Numbered from the stretch's first letter, positions 11,831 through 25,155 are shown. The stretch is 64,000 nt of DNA from Octopus vulgaris (GCA_951406725.2 OX597842.1:7564001-7628000); one strand, 5' to 3'. Numbers and translations: made by a program. Notes: generated by a model not told the origin, from the letters alone.

Positions 11831-13848
11831 CTCTCTCTCTCTCTGCTTGTGTGGCTGTGCAAATGTACGTGTCCGTCTTTCTGTGCAAGTATCTATATCT
11901 GCCTGTTTATTTGTACCTGCGTATGTATATCCCACTCTCTCACTCCTCCTCTCTATATGTATGTATCTGTCTATCTATGTGTGTATAAATGCCTGTTTAT
12001 CTCTGCCAGCGTGTATATGTGTCCCTCTTTTTCTTACTCCCACTAAATCCTTGCCTTTCTCTGTTTCTCTCCCACCTTTCTTCTTATTTCCCTATCTAAG
12101 TTCTTGACTTTCACCTTTTCTCTCCTCTCCACCTCTTTACATCACTCATAAACCCTTGACTCATTCCTCTCTTAACTTACCTCTTCCCTCTATATTATTC
12201 CGCAACTCACACTCATTCACTATCACTCCTCCTCTCACAGTAACATTTACTCTCACCTTCTCTTTCCAGCTCTCCTCTCTCAATCACTCTCTAATTTACT
12301 CCCTACTTAACTATCTCCCTTTCTACACTATTATTGACTTGCCTCTTCATCCTTCCTTCACCCCCTCTATATCAAGTTGTAATTTACTCCTTCCTCGACT
12401 CATACCCCTCTGACCATATTATCGACTTTCACTTTCTCTCTCTTCCTCCGCCTCTCTCAGTTTTTATGTAATTCACTCCCGCTTTAACTCTTACCCCGCA
12501 GTGTCATTGACTTTAGTCACCTCCTCCTCCTTCTCTACTTTCTCTATGACTATTTCATTCACTACTCCAATGACGTCTTCGCTCGTCGTATAGCCCTTCC
12601 TCCGCCCCTCTCTACATGACTACGTATTTCACTCCTACCTTTCCTCCCACACTCACTCACTCACTATTAAACATTATTCTCTCAGGTGTTAACGTCATTC
12701 AGTCAATGAAACTACGCGCACACAAAAAAAGCTTACCTTTCATCGTCACTCGTTTCAGTCAATGTACTGCGGCCATGCTGGTGCACCGTTTGAAGAGTTT
12801 TAGCCGACACAAACCAACCTCAGCACCAATATATATTTTAGAGCCTGGTACTTATTCTACCGGTTTCTTTTCTCGAAGTGCTACGTTACAGGAACGTAAA
12901 CAAACCAACGCTCGTTGTCAAGTGGAGGGCTGCGAGACAAACCACAAATACAAAGATACACAAACAGACCATCATCATTTAACGTCCGTTGTTCATTGCT
13001 GGCACGGGTTGGACGGTTTGACATAAACACACTGACGTATGTACATATATAAAGAAGCCTGTTATGAGTGTATATATATAAAAAAAATAAGGTAAAATTA
13101 CAGATTATCACCCCCACGATTTTCACTAAGAAAAAAAAAAAAAACTCGGATTTTTTGTGTGGAATCAAATACCCTGACCTCCTAATATGCTGCAAATCCC
13201 ATATTTTGGTCCAGAATTCCTCCGGAAAGGGGTGGGGGTATTCCCCCCCCCCCCGGAATTTTCACAAGGAAAAAAAAAAAAAATCAGATTTCTAGCGTGG
13301 AATCAAGTACCCTGACCTCCTAATATGCTGCAAATCCCATATTTTGGTCCGGAATTGCTCCGGAAAGGGGGGTAACCCCCTCCCCCGGAATTTTCACAAG
13401 GAAAAAAAATAACATATCAATAATTTAGAAAAGAAACATTTCTAGAAAATAGTAAATTGAAGTGTCAACAAATTATTGGGCAAAATTGAAGTGTGAACAA
13501 ATCATTGGGCAAAAGAAGATTTGGCATACTGTCATGCTTTTAGCTGTCAGAAGTGAAAGTCGTCAACTTCGTGTATTTGCGTCAGGTTCGCTGTTAGGCT
13601 TATAAAACAATAGAAGTTCAGTTTAAAGTTTATAAATAAATACATTTCATTCCATGTTCTGTTTAAACTTTATAAATAAATATATTCTTGCAGTGTGTGT
13701 ATATGTGGCTATATGTCTGACTAATGTGTGTGTCTGTATTTATTGTATGTGTGTATAAGTAGTTATATGCTTATATTATCCATTATAGTAATATTTGTCT
13801 GTTAAAACCTGTTTTAAGGCGGTCAATAGTTTAATTAAAGATGTATCT

Positions 13849-13890
<42 letters not shown>

Positions 13891-14010
13891 GTGTATATAT
13901 ACATGTGTATACATATATATATATATATTTCAACAATTGAGGGTAAAATTAATTAATTAATCAATTTCACCAAGTATTCAGTATGCAAAGGGACCATTTA
14001 AGGCGAATTC

Positions 14011-14397
14011 AAATTATTACATTATATAAAAGGGCTTAGTAAAATAAATTACTTTGCCGCATACTGAACTCATTAGAAATAGCAGCTAAAAAAACTTTTT
14101 TAAAACTATTTCCAATACTTAAAGAAAATCTCTCTCATATAGTGTTTGCTCAATTCAACTCACGAAAGTATGAGGGTAGAAACATTAAAAAATCAAATGC
14201 AAACCTTTGCATTTGATTTTTTAATGTTTCTACCTCATACTTTCGTGAGTTGAATTGAGCAAACACTATATGAGAGAGATTTTCTTTAAGTATTGGAAAT
14301 AGTTTAAAAAAAGTTTTTTTAGCTGCTATTTCTAATGAGTTCAGTATGCGGCAAAGTAATTTATTTTACTAAGCCCTTTTATATAATGTAATAATTT
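14011..14397. repeat. Near-perfect 387 bp palindrome inserted in a TA array
   Basis: Arms of about 193 bp around ...TGCAAA-CC-TTTGCA... at 14204-14205; preceded at 13928 by the same terminus as the palindrome at 10284. Confidence 0.9.
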
Positions 14398-14647
14398 TTA
14401 TATATATATATATATAAATATATATATATACACATGTCTATATATATACACATGTATATATAAATATATATATATACACATGTATATATATATACATGTA
14501 TAGACACATCTTTAATTAAACTATTGACCGCCTTAAAACGGGTTTCAACAGACAAATATTACTATAATGGATAAAATTCAGACAAACTTACCTCTTGCTG
14601 TCAAAAAAATGGATTAATTCTCAGCAAAACATACTGTTATGCTAGAC

Positions 14648-15213
14648 CAGTGGTTTTCAACCAGGGTTCCGCAAGAAGTTGCAAAACTGCTAAAATCGGC
14701 AGTAATTTTTAATTCTCCTGTGCAGATATGTGTGCATAAGACTATTAAATTATTGTACAGCGGTTCCTCGAGCCAGTGGAATGTTTGAATTACGCTGTGT
14801 GGTTTCAGTTTCTAATTTTTGCTTCTGATCTCTCTTTGCCCCCCTCTCTATCTCAGTTGTTCATTCTGCTGATATTTAGAAAAGTTTTCGCGCCAAGTTT
14901 TGTTGTGGGCGGGAAAAGATGAACGATTTAAAATAAATATACCTTAATTGTAGTGTGAGAAAGTATATATATTCTGATGATAAAATATATTATCTTTCAA
15001 AAACATCCCAAATTTATAGACTATATCGTGTATGTTTAAGAAATGGTTCATGAGACATTGTTCATCTGTCTCCCCACCACACCTCCACCTCGAGGAACCC
15101 CTGTACAATAATTTAATAGTCTTATGCACACATATCTGCACAGGAGAATTAAAAATTACTGCCGATTTTAGCAGTTTTGCAACTTCTTGCGGAACCCTGG
15201 TTGAAAACCACTG
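14648..15213. mobile_element. hAT (Charlie-like) ends forming the core of the foldback
   Basis: CAGTGGTTTTCAACCAGGGTTCCGC / GCGGAACCCTGGTTGAAAACCACTG next to CTAGA-containing flanks. Confidence 0.6.
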
Positions 15214-15502
15214 GTCTAGCATAACAGTATGTTTTGCTGAGAATTAATCCACTTTTTTTGACAGCAAGAGGTAAGTTTGTCTGAATTTTATCCATTACAT
15301 TATCCATTATAGTAATATTTGTCTGTTGAAACCCGTTTTAAGGCGGTCAATAGTTTAATTAAAGATGTGTCTATACATGTATATATATATACATGTGTAT
15401 ATATATATATTTATATATACATGTGTATATATATAGACATGTGTATATATATATATTTATATATATATATATATATATATGTATACACATGTATATATAC
15501 AC

Positions 15503-15546
<44 letters not shown>

Positions 15547-16422
15547 AGATACATCTTTAATTAAACTATTGACCGCCTTAAAACAGGTTTCAACAGACAA
15601 ATATTACTATAATGGATAATATAAGCATATAACTACTTATACACACATACAATAAATACAGACACACACATTAGTCAGACATATAGCCACATATACACAC
15701 ACTGCAAGAATATATTTATTTATAAAGTTTAAACAGAACATGGAATGAAATGTATTTATTTATAAACTTTAAACTGAACTTCTATTGTTTTATAAGCCTA
15801 ACAGCGAACCTGACGCAAATACATGAAGTTGACGACTTTCACTTCTGACAGCTAAAAGCATGACAGTATGCCAAATCTTCTTTTGCCCAATGATTTGTTC
15901 ACACTTCAATTTTGCCCAATAATTTGTTGACACTTCAATTTACTATTTTCTAGAAATGTTTCTTTTCTAAATTATTGATATGTTATTTTTTTTTCCTTGT
16001 GAAAATTCCGGGGAGGGGTTACCCCCCTTTCCGGAGCAATTCCGGACCAAAATATGGGATTTGCAGCATATTAGGAGGTCAGGGTACTTGATTCCACGCA
16101 AAAAATCTGATTTTTTTTTTCTTGCGAAAATTCCGGGGGTGTTACCCCCCTTTCCGGACCAAAATATGGGATTTGCAGCATATTAGGAGGTCAGGGTACT
16201 TGATTCCACGCTAGAAATCTGATTTTTTTTTTTTTTCCTTGTGAAAATTCCGGGGTGGGGTAATACCCCCCCCCCCTTCCGGAGGAATTCCGGACCAAAA
16301 TATGGGATTTGCAGCATATTAGGAGGTCAGGGTATTTGATTCCACGCAAAAAATCCGAGTTTTTTTTTTTTTTTCTTAGTGAAAATCGTGGGGGTGATAA
16401 TCTGTAATTTTACCAAAAATAA

Positions 16423-16970
16423 TTAATAAATGCGCCCTTTTGAAGCCTAGCCAGGCTCGTGGGCCCGGTTTCCTGGTTTCTATGGCGTATGTGATCCCCA
16501 GCTAGACGGGACACCAGTCCATCTCAGCGTTACTCATTTTTGCCAGCTGACTGGACTGGAGCAACGTGAAATGAAGTGTTTTGCTCAAGAACACAACGCG
16601 TCGCCCAATCCAGGAATCGAAACCACAATCTTACGATCATGGTGCTGACACCACGTATATATATATATGTATGTGTGAGTGTGTGTGTGGAGGCGCAATG
16701 GCCCAGTGGTTAGGGCAGCGGACTCGCAGTCGGAGGATCGCGGTTTCGATTCCCAGACTGGGCGTTGTGTGTGTTTATTGAGCGAAAACACCTAAAGCTC
16801 CACGAGGCCCCGGCCAGGGATGGTGGCGATCCCTGCTGTACTCTTTCGCCGCAACTTTCACTCTTTTTCTGTTGGCCTGCTCGCTTCATTTGAAGGCTAA
16901 AACAATGCGAAGCGCATTGTGACCAGCGATGTGTAACAACATCTGATAGCCTGGTCAGTCACGGTGATAT
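16423..16970. mobile_element. Two divergent tRNA-derived SINEs (minus 16423-16650, plus 16688-16970)
   Basis: tRNA-like head GGCGCAATGGCCCAGTGGTTAGGGCAGCGGACTC...GGTTTCGATTCCC running into a SINE body. Confidence 0.7.
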
Positions 16971-17316
16971 ATATATACACATACTCACATGATAGGCTTC
17001 TTTTCAGTTTCCGCCTATCAAATCCACTTGCAAGGCCTTGGTCGGTCCGAGGATATAGGAGAACATACTTGCCCAAGGTGATGTCCAGAGGGACTGAACC
17101 TGGTTGGAAAGCAAGCTTCTTTATTTCATGATACTGGCTATTGCAGCCTTACACAGAGGGAACAGCACATGGTGGGGAAAGGGGGAAAAAACAAATGGAA
17201 AAGCTGAATTAGATAATAATGGAAAATGAAATGAAACCATTCAGTCCCACCCCCAACTGACTTCATTGAACCTGTTAATACAACTTCTTTTTTAGAACAC
17301 TAGTTTACATTATTTA

Positions 17317-18944
17317 CTAGCAGTATCACCCAGCATTGCTCGGGTTTGTTTCGACCCTTTAGAATTGGAATTTTTGAAAAGTAAAAATTTTGCATTATTT
17401 AGGCTGTTATTCTCTTTAAGTGAACATTTTTCTGGTTGAAATACACCAAAAAATGGCGACACAGCAGTCAAAAAATCGTTAAAAATAGGGATTTTCATAG
17501 CAAAAAAACACCTTTTTGACATAAAGAATTTTTGGTGTTAACATGGTCCGATTTGAATTTTATCTCCAACGGAATGAAGAGCAAGCCTTCTATCATACTC
17601 TCAATTTTATATATATAATAATGAAATTATTGTATACAGTGCTCAGGTGCACCACAACTTGTCAGAGAGTGCATATAAAGTACATGCAGTAATATATAAA
17701 TGTCTGGAAAGCGAACAATGTATGAGTCAGATACATGCTTGTGTGTGTATGGAGGGGAGAAAATCAAGTGTAGTGTTGGCGAATCTCAGGAAGCATGGAA
17801 GTTTTGAAGGATGCAGTGCTCCGACAACTAACAACTGATGCCGGCAGTTTGTTCCATGCTTCAGCAACTCTCAGTGTGAAAAAATGTTTCCTGAAGTCAT
17901 GGGAGCTGTGCTGTTTTCTGACTTTGTAAATATGTCCACGGGTGTTAGATGGGTGGAGTTTGAAAAGGTGCTCAGAGTTATTGTTTATGCGATGGTTGAT
18001 AATTTTATGGGTGTCTGCCAAGTCAGCTGCCAGACGTCGGAGTTTCAATGTGTCCATGCCCAAGGAAGTAAGGCGTTCAAGATATGGCAAATGCCTGATG
18101 GAGGGTATTCTTTTGGTTGCACGTCGCTGAACAGCTTCCAGACGATTGATATCCTGGGTAAGATAGGGGTTCCAGACCAGTGATGCAAATTCCAGGTGAG
18201 GTCTTACCACAGCTATATAAAGCCGAAGATAGATAGCCGGAGAGCGGCTCACAAAGGATTTGGTGAGTGATGCCAAGACACCCTCAGCCTTCTTGACAAT
18301 TTTAGCGATGTGTTTTGTCCAACGCAAATCACTGTCGACAATAATACCCAGGTCACGTTCGCATGAAGACTTTTTGAGACTAATGTTGTGGAGGGAGTAG
18401 GTGGACGCTGGGTTTCTCCTCCCAAAATGCATGGTGGTACATTTGTCCACAGCCAGCTTGAGTTGCCAGTCCATGATCCACTGCTGCATTGTGTCCAGGT
18501 CTGCTTGCAATAGAGATCCATAGTGTACAGAATTTGACCTCTTTATTTGGAGGTACAGCTTGATGTCATCTGCATATTTCAGCACTGTGGCATTCTTTAA
18601 GTTGGCATCTATGTCATTAACATATGCAACAAATAAAAGGGGGCCATGAACAGATCCCTGTGGTACACCAGATGTCATCTCATAGGGCGAAGAGTGCTGT
18701 CCTAGAACTGTGACAACCTCTTTTCGGCTGAAAATAAAGGACTTCAACCAGTTATAGAGTTCGTCTCTTACACCCAACGCAGAAAGCTTCACCATAAGTC
18801 TTTTGTGTGGGACAAAGTTAAAAGCCTTAGCAAAGTCCAGGTAAACAACATCCAACTTGTGCTGCAGGGTCTCGGAGGAGACAGTGTTAGTTGAAGGCTA
18901 CCAAACCTGCCATACACAGACAACTTCAGCTTTATATATATAGA
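17317..18944 (-). mobile_element. Non-autonomous Helitron interrupted by a CR1 LINE
   Basis: Minus strand begins A|TCTATATATATAAA (18944) and ends with hairpin CCCGAGCAATGCTGGG then CTAG|T (17317). Confidence 0.7.
17617..18853 (-). mobile_element. 5'-truncated CR1-group LINE; RT ORF 18855-17764 open for 363 aa
   Basis: YLDFAKAF, GVPQGS, YADD, ERDLG, VRPHLEFAS, AWNKLP motifs; a second copy of the 3' UTR with (ATT)n tail lies at 46312-46420(+). Confidence 0.9.
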
Positions 18945-19612
18945 TAACACCATTTGCAACAGCTAGTCTCCACTTTTCCGCAGAATGCCTATGTTATACT
19001 TTAAAATATCAAAATAGCTTACCCGTTCTGGCATTGTGCTGGTGTCTATTTTCTTGACCCACCACTTACAGTCAAAGTCTTCCACATTATCCTTTAATCT
19101 CAAAAGATACTCTGGGTCTGCCACCGCACAGAGAATGTACTTTGACAACCCCCTTACTCCTGTACATCCACTTTCGTCGCTCTGTCCCTCGAGTCTATCT
19201 CATTATAAAGTTCTTCATTTTGTCTGTTGTACAATATAACATATTTTTCATTACAGGGTTGGGGTGGGTAAATTTGGGGTTTTACTGATGAGGTCAGACA
19301 ATGCTGAAACATGCATGCATAAGAGGTGTGGCTCAGTGATAAAAAATCTGCTTCCTAAACACATGGTTCTGAGTTCAGTCCCACTGCATGGCACCTTTGG
19401 CAAATGTCTTCTACTATAACCTGGAGGTGACCATAGCCTTGAGAGTGGATTTGGTAGATGGAAACTGAAAGAAGACCACCATGTGTGTGTGTGTGCCTTT
19501 GTCATTGTTTGTCTCTTATCACCACTTGACAACTGGTGTTGGTGTTTACAGCCCCCTAAATTAGCAGTTCAGCAAAAGAGACTGATAAAATTAAAATTAC
19601 TGGTGTCAACTT

Positions 19613-20546
19613 TGTAGCATCCACTCAAATGAAATTCCTCTCCTCTTTATTATATATACATACATTTGAAAGTAGCAGATAACAGCTAGCCTTTGGCCAC
19701 TATTTGGACCCTGTTGTGTCCACTACTCTCATTGGTTGGTATTGGTGCAATTTGTCTCGCCAATATGCAGCATATAACCAATCAGAGACTATAACCAATA
19801 AGATAACATGAGACAGCCTTTTCTCAACCCCATTTGAGCCTACTTTTACTTATAAAAACTCACCTTCTCCTCATCTCAAGGTCTTTGGCCAAGATCTTTT
19901 AAGGTCTATCCACTGACCACACAAGACACAGCCAGTTCCAGCAACAATGCCAGACAACCTGTCCAACAGCAATCTCTTTCTTTGTCACCACCAATCATCT
20001 TCTTAATGTTGTCAATATCATCTCTCTATGTACACAGCTCAAGCAACACTGCACAGGTTCCAACACAGCACTGTTTGTGAATTACTTCACCATGGTTAAC
20101 AGAGAATATACAACCTGCAAGAACTCCTGTACAAGTGATCCAGGTAGTAGCATGACAGCCACAACTTTGTACGACATGTACCACAACAGGCTCTGCATCA
20201 TAGCCACAACTTCTTGATACAGTATTTCTAACACTGCATACAATTGACTACGAACTGGTATTTCTCATTCTTGTGTCTGTGAATATTCATCTAACTTCTC
20301 ATTATAGACTTTTTCACTTTCTCCTTCATTACTAATCTTATATGTACTTAACCTACACGCATACATCCCTGTCTGCACACACATACACTTTGTTCTTATG
20401 ACGGACACACAGACACACAAGTTAACATATTAATAAATCCCTTGAACATTCTACTTGGTTGTGTCTCTCTTTCCTCACTGGTTCATTACATGTATTATTC
20501 CATCCTTTTGAACTGAGTCGTTATTAGATGGTTTCACCATACTTCA
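19613..20546 (+). mobile_element. Probable solo LTR inserted in a SINE
   Basis: Interrupts a SINE body; TG...CA ends, several CCAAT boxes (19760-19800), TATAAAA at 19851, AATAAA at 20432; TSD not resolved. Confidence 0.4.
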
Positions 20547-21463
20547 CCATGACCCTCTAAAACTTCACAGCGGTGCCCCAGCATGGCCTCAGTCTAATAA
20601 GTGAAACAAGTGAAAGGTAAAAACAAGGGTATAGCTGTCCCTCATCAAGACAAATATATTTCCCTTTCTCACTGACAGTTGTTACCAATCACCGCTAGGT
20701 TTTGGTTTGCTTTCTCAGTCTATGAAGGAAAATTTCAATAAAATAAGAGTTCATGAGACTTCTTAACATCTTGATCAAGCACAATAACACACTCAGACAT
20801 GAATAAAATAACACAAGATGCAATGGTAGCAAAATTATAGAATATATACGCACACATTGATATACATAAGTGTGAGTGTGTGTTTTAATCAAGTTTTATT
20901 TTGCTTTTTTTTTTACAAAGGATTTAAATTGTCTGTACAGAAAATAAATAAGATCAAAGTCATGATTTTCTTTATGAAAGATGAGGGTTTTGTGTGCATG
21001 TATATACATACATATACAAGCATATGTATATATATATATATATATATATATTTACTACCATTTAATGCCTGCTTCCCATGCTGGATGTTAAATGATGATA
21101 CATGTGTGTGAATGTATTACAGTGGTACAGTTTTCATGAAGCATTGTCTGATATAGATAAATACTTTAAATTTTTTTCCTTAACACCCATATTTTCAAGG
21201 ATTTCATGAAGAAGGGGTGCTAAACCCAAAACATTGAAATACAAAGTAAAAATACAAACGATCGACTTGCATTTTTTTTCTTATATCTCACATTGTTTAC
21301 CTTTCAAATACACACACACACATATATGAATACTAGGCTGGAGTATGTAGTTGGGAGTGTTGGCATGACTGTCTCTTAGGCCCTATAACCCACATCCAAC
21401 AGGACAGGCATACACATCATCATATATGTGCATGTTTATGTGTGAGAAGAGTCTTTGGTATCA

Positions 21464-21514
21464 TCAGGAGTTCCACCATGACAACAGCCCTAAACCGGGT
21501 TCACTGATTGAGCC
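21464..21514 (-). CDS. POLR3H: RNA polymerase III subunit RPC8, coding exon 7 (last)
   Basis: GSISEPGLGLLSWWNS*, matching the metazoan RPC8 C-terminus; polypyrimidine-CAG acceptor. Confidence 0.95.
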   Translation of the reverse strand, partial: GSISEPGLGLLSWWNS

Positions 21515-21865
21515 CTGAATGGAAAGAAAAGAAAACAGAAAACAAAATATGTTAATAATGACAATGGTTTCGAATTTTGGCACAAGGCCAGCAATTTTGG
21601 TGGGAGGAGGAGAGTCGATAACATTGGTACTTATTGACCCCAAAAGGATGAAAGGCAAAGTGGACCTTGGTAGAATTTGAACTCATTTGTAAAGATGAAC
21701 AAAGTGCTGCAACACAATTTGACAGGTGTGCTAACAATTCTGTCAGTTCAAAACCTTAATAATAACAACAACAACAACTACTACTATTATTAATAAGTTA
21801 CAGGGACGTAAACACACCAGCATCAGTTGTCAAGCGATGTTGGGGTGGGACAAACACAGACACAC

Positions 21866-21897
<32 letters not shown>

Positions 21898-22199
21898 CAC
21901 CCATACACATACATGCATCCTACACACACATACATACACACTCACACATACATACACACACACACACTCACTTACATACCTGTATGTACGCGCACACACA
22001 TGCACATACACACACTTCCACACACCCACACGTACATACATACACACACACACGGACATACATCTATGCACACACATATATACACACATACTCACATACA
22101 TTCATCGGACACACTGACACCCAGACATACACACAGACACACTCACACATCCACACACATACATACTTACGCGCATACTCGCAGGCGCGCGCACACACG

Positions 22200-23037
22200 C
22201 GCTTGCGCCGGTTCGCGCACGCATACGCGCTGCATGCACCTCGCTCTTAGACCCGACGAGACCTCCCGCTCGTTCCTGGGACCGTCGCTTGTCGTTGGGT
22301 TTTCCCACGCCCGTCTCCGCGGGACCACTCTTCCATCTTCCCCTCAGCTGGAGTCCTTTTTCCTTAACCCCACCCCTTTTTTGTTACACACACGCGCACA
22401 CATATACACACCCACTCACACACACACATTGCTTAAATATATACATTACTCTTACACACATTCAATCTACTCGCCATTAATACTACCACGACACTGGACA
22501 CACACACTACTACTCAACACACGCTGGCACGCTACATACGCCCCCACCCCTTCCCCTCCCTCCCTTCCTCCTTCCTTCATTTTCTTACTACTGACCACTG
22601 TCTGCTATGCCTACTACTGTCTCGCCCTACCTCACACGCCTACACACAGACGCACACACTAACACATACATATATTTTTTGTTTTTTTATCTCGCCTCAC
22701 ACACACATACACACACGCACACGCACACACTCACACATCTGTTGCGTTACCAACCCTGTCTCCACTCTTTTGGCTTTAAAAACCTACTTTGCTCTTGTTA
22801 TCGTAAACTTCCGCCTTTCACCATGTGTAACTCGTAAACACCAGTCGTTTTTTTCTCCATCTCCTGTTGCCCGCTTTGGGATCTTTCTTTCCTCTCTCTT
22901 CCTTCTTTATGTTTCCGACGAAGAGCTCCGCTCGAAACGTCATACCTTCCTGCTTCCATATTTCCTGAGCGCCTATTAATAATAATACTGTAATTGTTCC
23001 ATTGTTGTTGTTTTTTTGTTTTCCCGTTTGGATTAAA

Positions 23038-23040
<3 letters not shown>
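22200..23040 (+). mobile_element. Penelope-like 3' end/pLTR inserted in the microsatellite of a minus-strand SINE
   Basis: C/T-rich strand, CA-rich blocks, terminal hammerhead motif and TA-array end, as in the 3' end of the element at 52338-55790; SINE halves at 21795-21870 and 23078-23240. Confidence 0.55.
22909..22946 (+). ncRNA. Minimal hammerhead motif (U4C variant)
   Basis: gttt-CCGACGA-a-gagc-tcc-gctc-GAAA-cg-TC-atac; palindromic ACGT helix III, GUC triplet. Confidence 0.55.
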
Positions 23041-23071
<31 letters not shown>

Positions 23072-24287
23072 TATATATGACGGGCTTCTTTCAGTTTCCA
23101 TCTACCAAATCCACTCACAAGGGTTTGGTCGGCCCAAGGCTATAGTGGAAGACACTTGCCCAAGGTGCCACACTGTGGGACTGAACCTGGAACCATGTGG
23201 TTGGTAAGCAAGCTACTTACCACACAACCACTCCTGCGACTATATTATTATTATTATTATTCATTATTGTTTAACGTCCACTTTCCATGCTGGCATGGGT
23301 TTGACTGAGGACTGGCGAGCCAGAAGGTTGCACCAGGCTCCAATCTGATCTGGCAGAGTTTCTAGAGATGGATGCCCTTCCTAATGCCAACCACTCCGAG
23401 AGTGTAGTGGGTGCTTTTACGTGCCACCAATACGAGGGCCAGTCAGGCAGTACTGGTGACGTCCATGCTCAAATGGTGTTTTTTATGTGCCACCTGCACA
23501 GGAGCCAGTCCAGCGGCACTGGCAATGACCTCGCTCGAATGTTGCTTTTCACATGCCACTGGCACAAGTGCCAGTAAGGCGACGTTGGTAACGATCATGC
23601 TCAAATGGTGCCCTTTTTATGTGCCACCAGCATGGGAGCCACTCAGCAGCCCTGGCAGCGATCATGCTCAGATAGTGCTTCTAATATTCAATAATAATGG
23701 TTTCAACTTTTGGCACAAGGCCAGCAATTTCAGGGGAGGGGAAAGTAATATTAGTTTAGCTGAAAATAACCCAGTTTCCTTGGGGGTGTAGGTTAAAAAA
23801 AGGGTTAAAAAAAGGGTGGAGAAACAAACTGACCCTAGCACTTATTTTTTTAAACCCAGTACATATTCTATCAGTCTCTTTTGCCAACTGCTGAGTTATG
23901 GGGTCATAAACAAAGCAGAACTAGCAGTCAAGCAATAATAGTAAGGGACAAATACAAAGGCACAAATTCTGAGCAATATAAACAAGGGGAGACAATAACA
24001 ATTAAAAACAAATACATTGAATAACAGATCTTTGGTTGTAGTAACAATGTTAGCTATGTTTCAGTATTATTAGACCTCGTCAGTGGAATGCATATATCTT
24101 TTGTCTTTTTACTTGTTTCTGCACTTAGACTGCGACCATGCTGGAGCAAAACCTTGAAGAAGTAAAAGAGAGTATCACTTCAAGCAAGACCAAAGTTTTA
24201 ACTGTGTTATGTTTCAGGTGTGTTCAATGAAGCATTAACAGTTAGCTTAAAAACGCTCAGAACTTTCCGGAACTTTGACAGTTGAAA

Positions 24288-24438
24288 TGGATAACCAAAA
24301 ATTTCATATTCGTGTTGTAATGCTTTTCTTTTTTTAAAAATGAGAAAATGCTGCAAAGACTAGCAAAAACATTTGTGAAGTTCATGGTGATGATGATGCT
24401 GTTGGTGAATCAACTGTTCAAAGGTGGTTTACAAAACT
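24288..24438 (+). mobile_element. mariner transposase N-terminal relic
   Basis: MDNQKFHIRVVMLFFF / NAAKTSKNICEVHGDDDAVGESTVQRWFTK with a frameshift; Mos1/SETMAR-type HTH. Confidence 0.7.
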
Positions 24439-25155
24439 TAATCCTTTCATTACTGTATTTATTTTGAGATGCTCTGGGTTTCTTTCAATTAATTTTAAAT
24501 CATCATCATCATCATCATTTAACGTCCGCTTTCCATGCTAGCATGGGTTGGACGGTTCAACTGGGGTCTGGGGAGCCCAAAGGCTGCACCAGGCCAGTCA
24601 GATCTGGCAGTGTTTCTACAGCTGGATGCCCTTCCTAACGCCAACCACTCCGAGAGTGTAGTGGGTGATTTTATGTGCCACCGACACAGGTGCCAGACGA
24701 GGCTGGCGAACGGCCACGCTCGGATGGTGTTTTTATGTGCCACCGACACAGGTGCCAAACGAGGCTGGCGAACGGCCACGCTCGGATGGTGTTTTTATGT
24801 GCCACCGACACAGGTGCCAGACGAGGCTGGCGAACGGCCACGCTCGGATGGTGTTTTTATGTGCCACTGACACAGGTGCCAGACAAGGTTAGCAGACGAC
24901 CACGCTCGGATGGTGTTTTTTTTTTTTTGTTTTTTTTTTGTGCCACCGACACAGGAGCCAGATAACAAAGAATTTAGTAAAATAACTTAGTTATTATAAA
25001 GCTAGTGTTAGGAACATAAATTGTGACTAAGGTTTGGTGGAAGATTTTAATTCAAAACTTATGAAAACAAGACATTTGTACTACAAAGCCAGAGCCAGTT
25101 TCAGTGGGGTTGGTAATGAAAGGGTTAAGAATTGTTTCTCTATTATATATTTTAA

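Larger units (their letters stand above)
13091..16414. mobile_element. 3.3 kb non-autonomous foldback DNA transposon (GG...CC ends, 8 bp TSD; Merlin- or MULE-like)
   Basis: Ends GGTAAAATTACAGATTATCACCCCC / GGGGGTGATAATCTGTAATTTTACC; AAAAATAA at 13083-13090 and 16415-16422; arms pair inward to about 14772/15089; subterminal ~120-140 bp repeats, 2 left and 3 right. Confidence 0.85.

Noticed and set aside
15262-15276. Strong splice donor AAGAG|GTAAGT
   Set aside because: Lies in the foldback arm and is mirrored at 14587-14600; no linked coding exon found.
16688-16765. tRNA gene
   Set aside because: A/B boxes are present, but there is no proper acceptor stem or terminator and it continues into a SINE body.
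24041-24090. Minus-strand CTGACGA...GAAA hammerhead
   Set aside because: Canonical core and a weak helix II, but no convincing helix I or III; at best a decayed relic.
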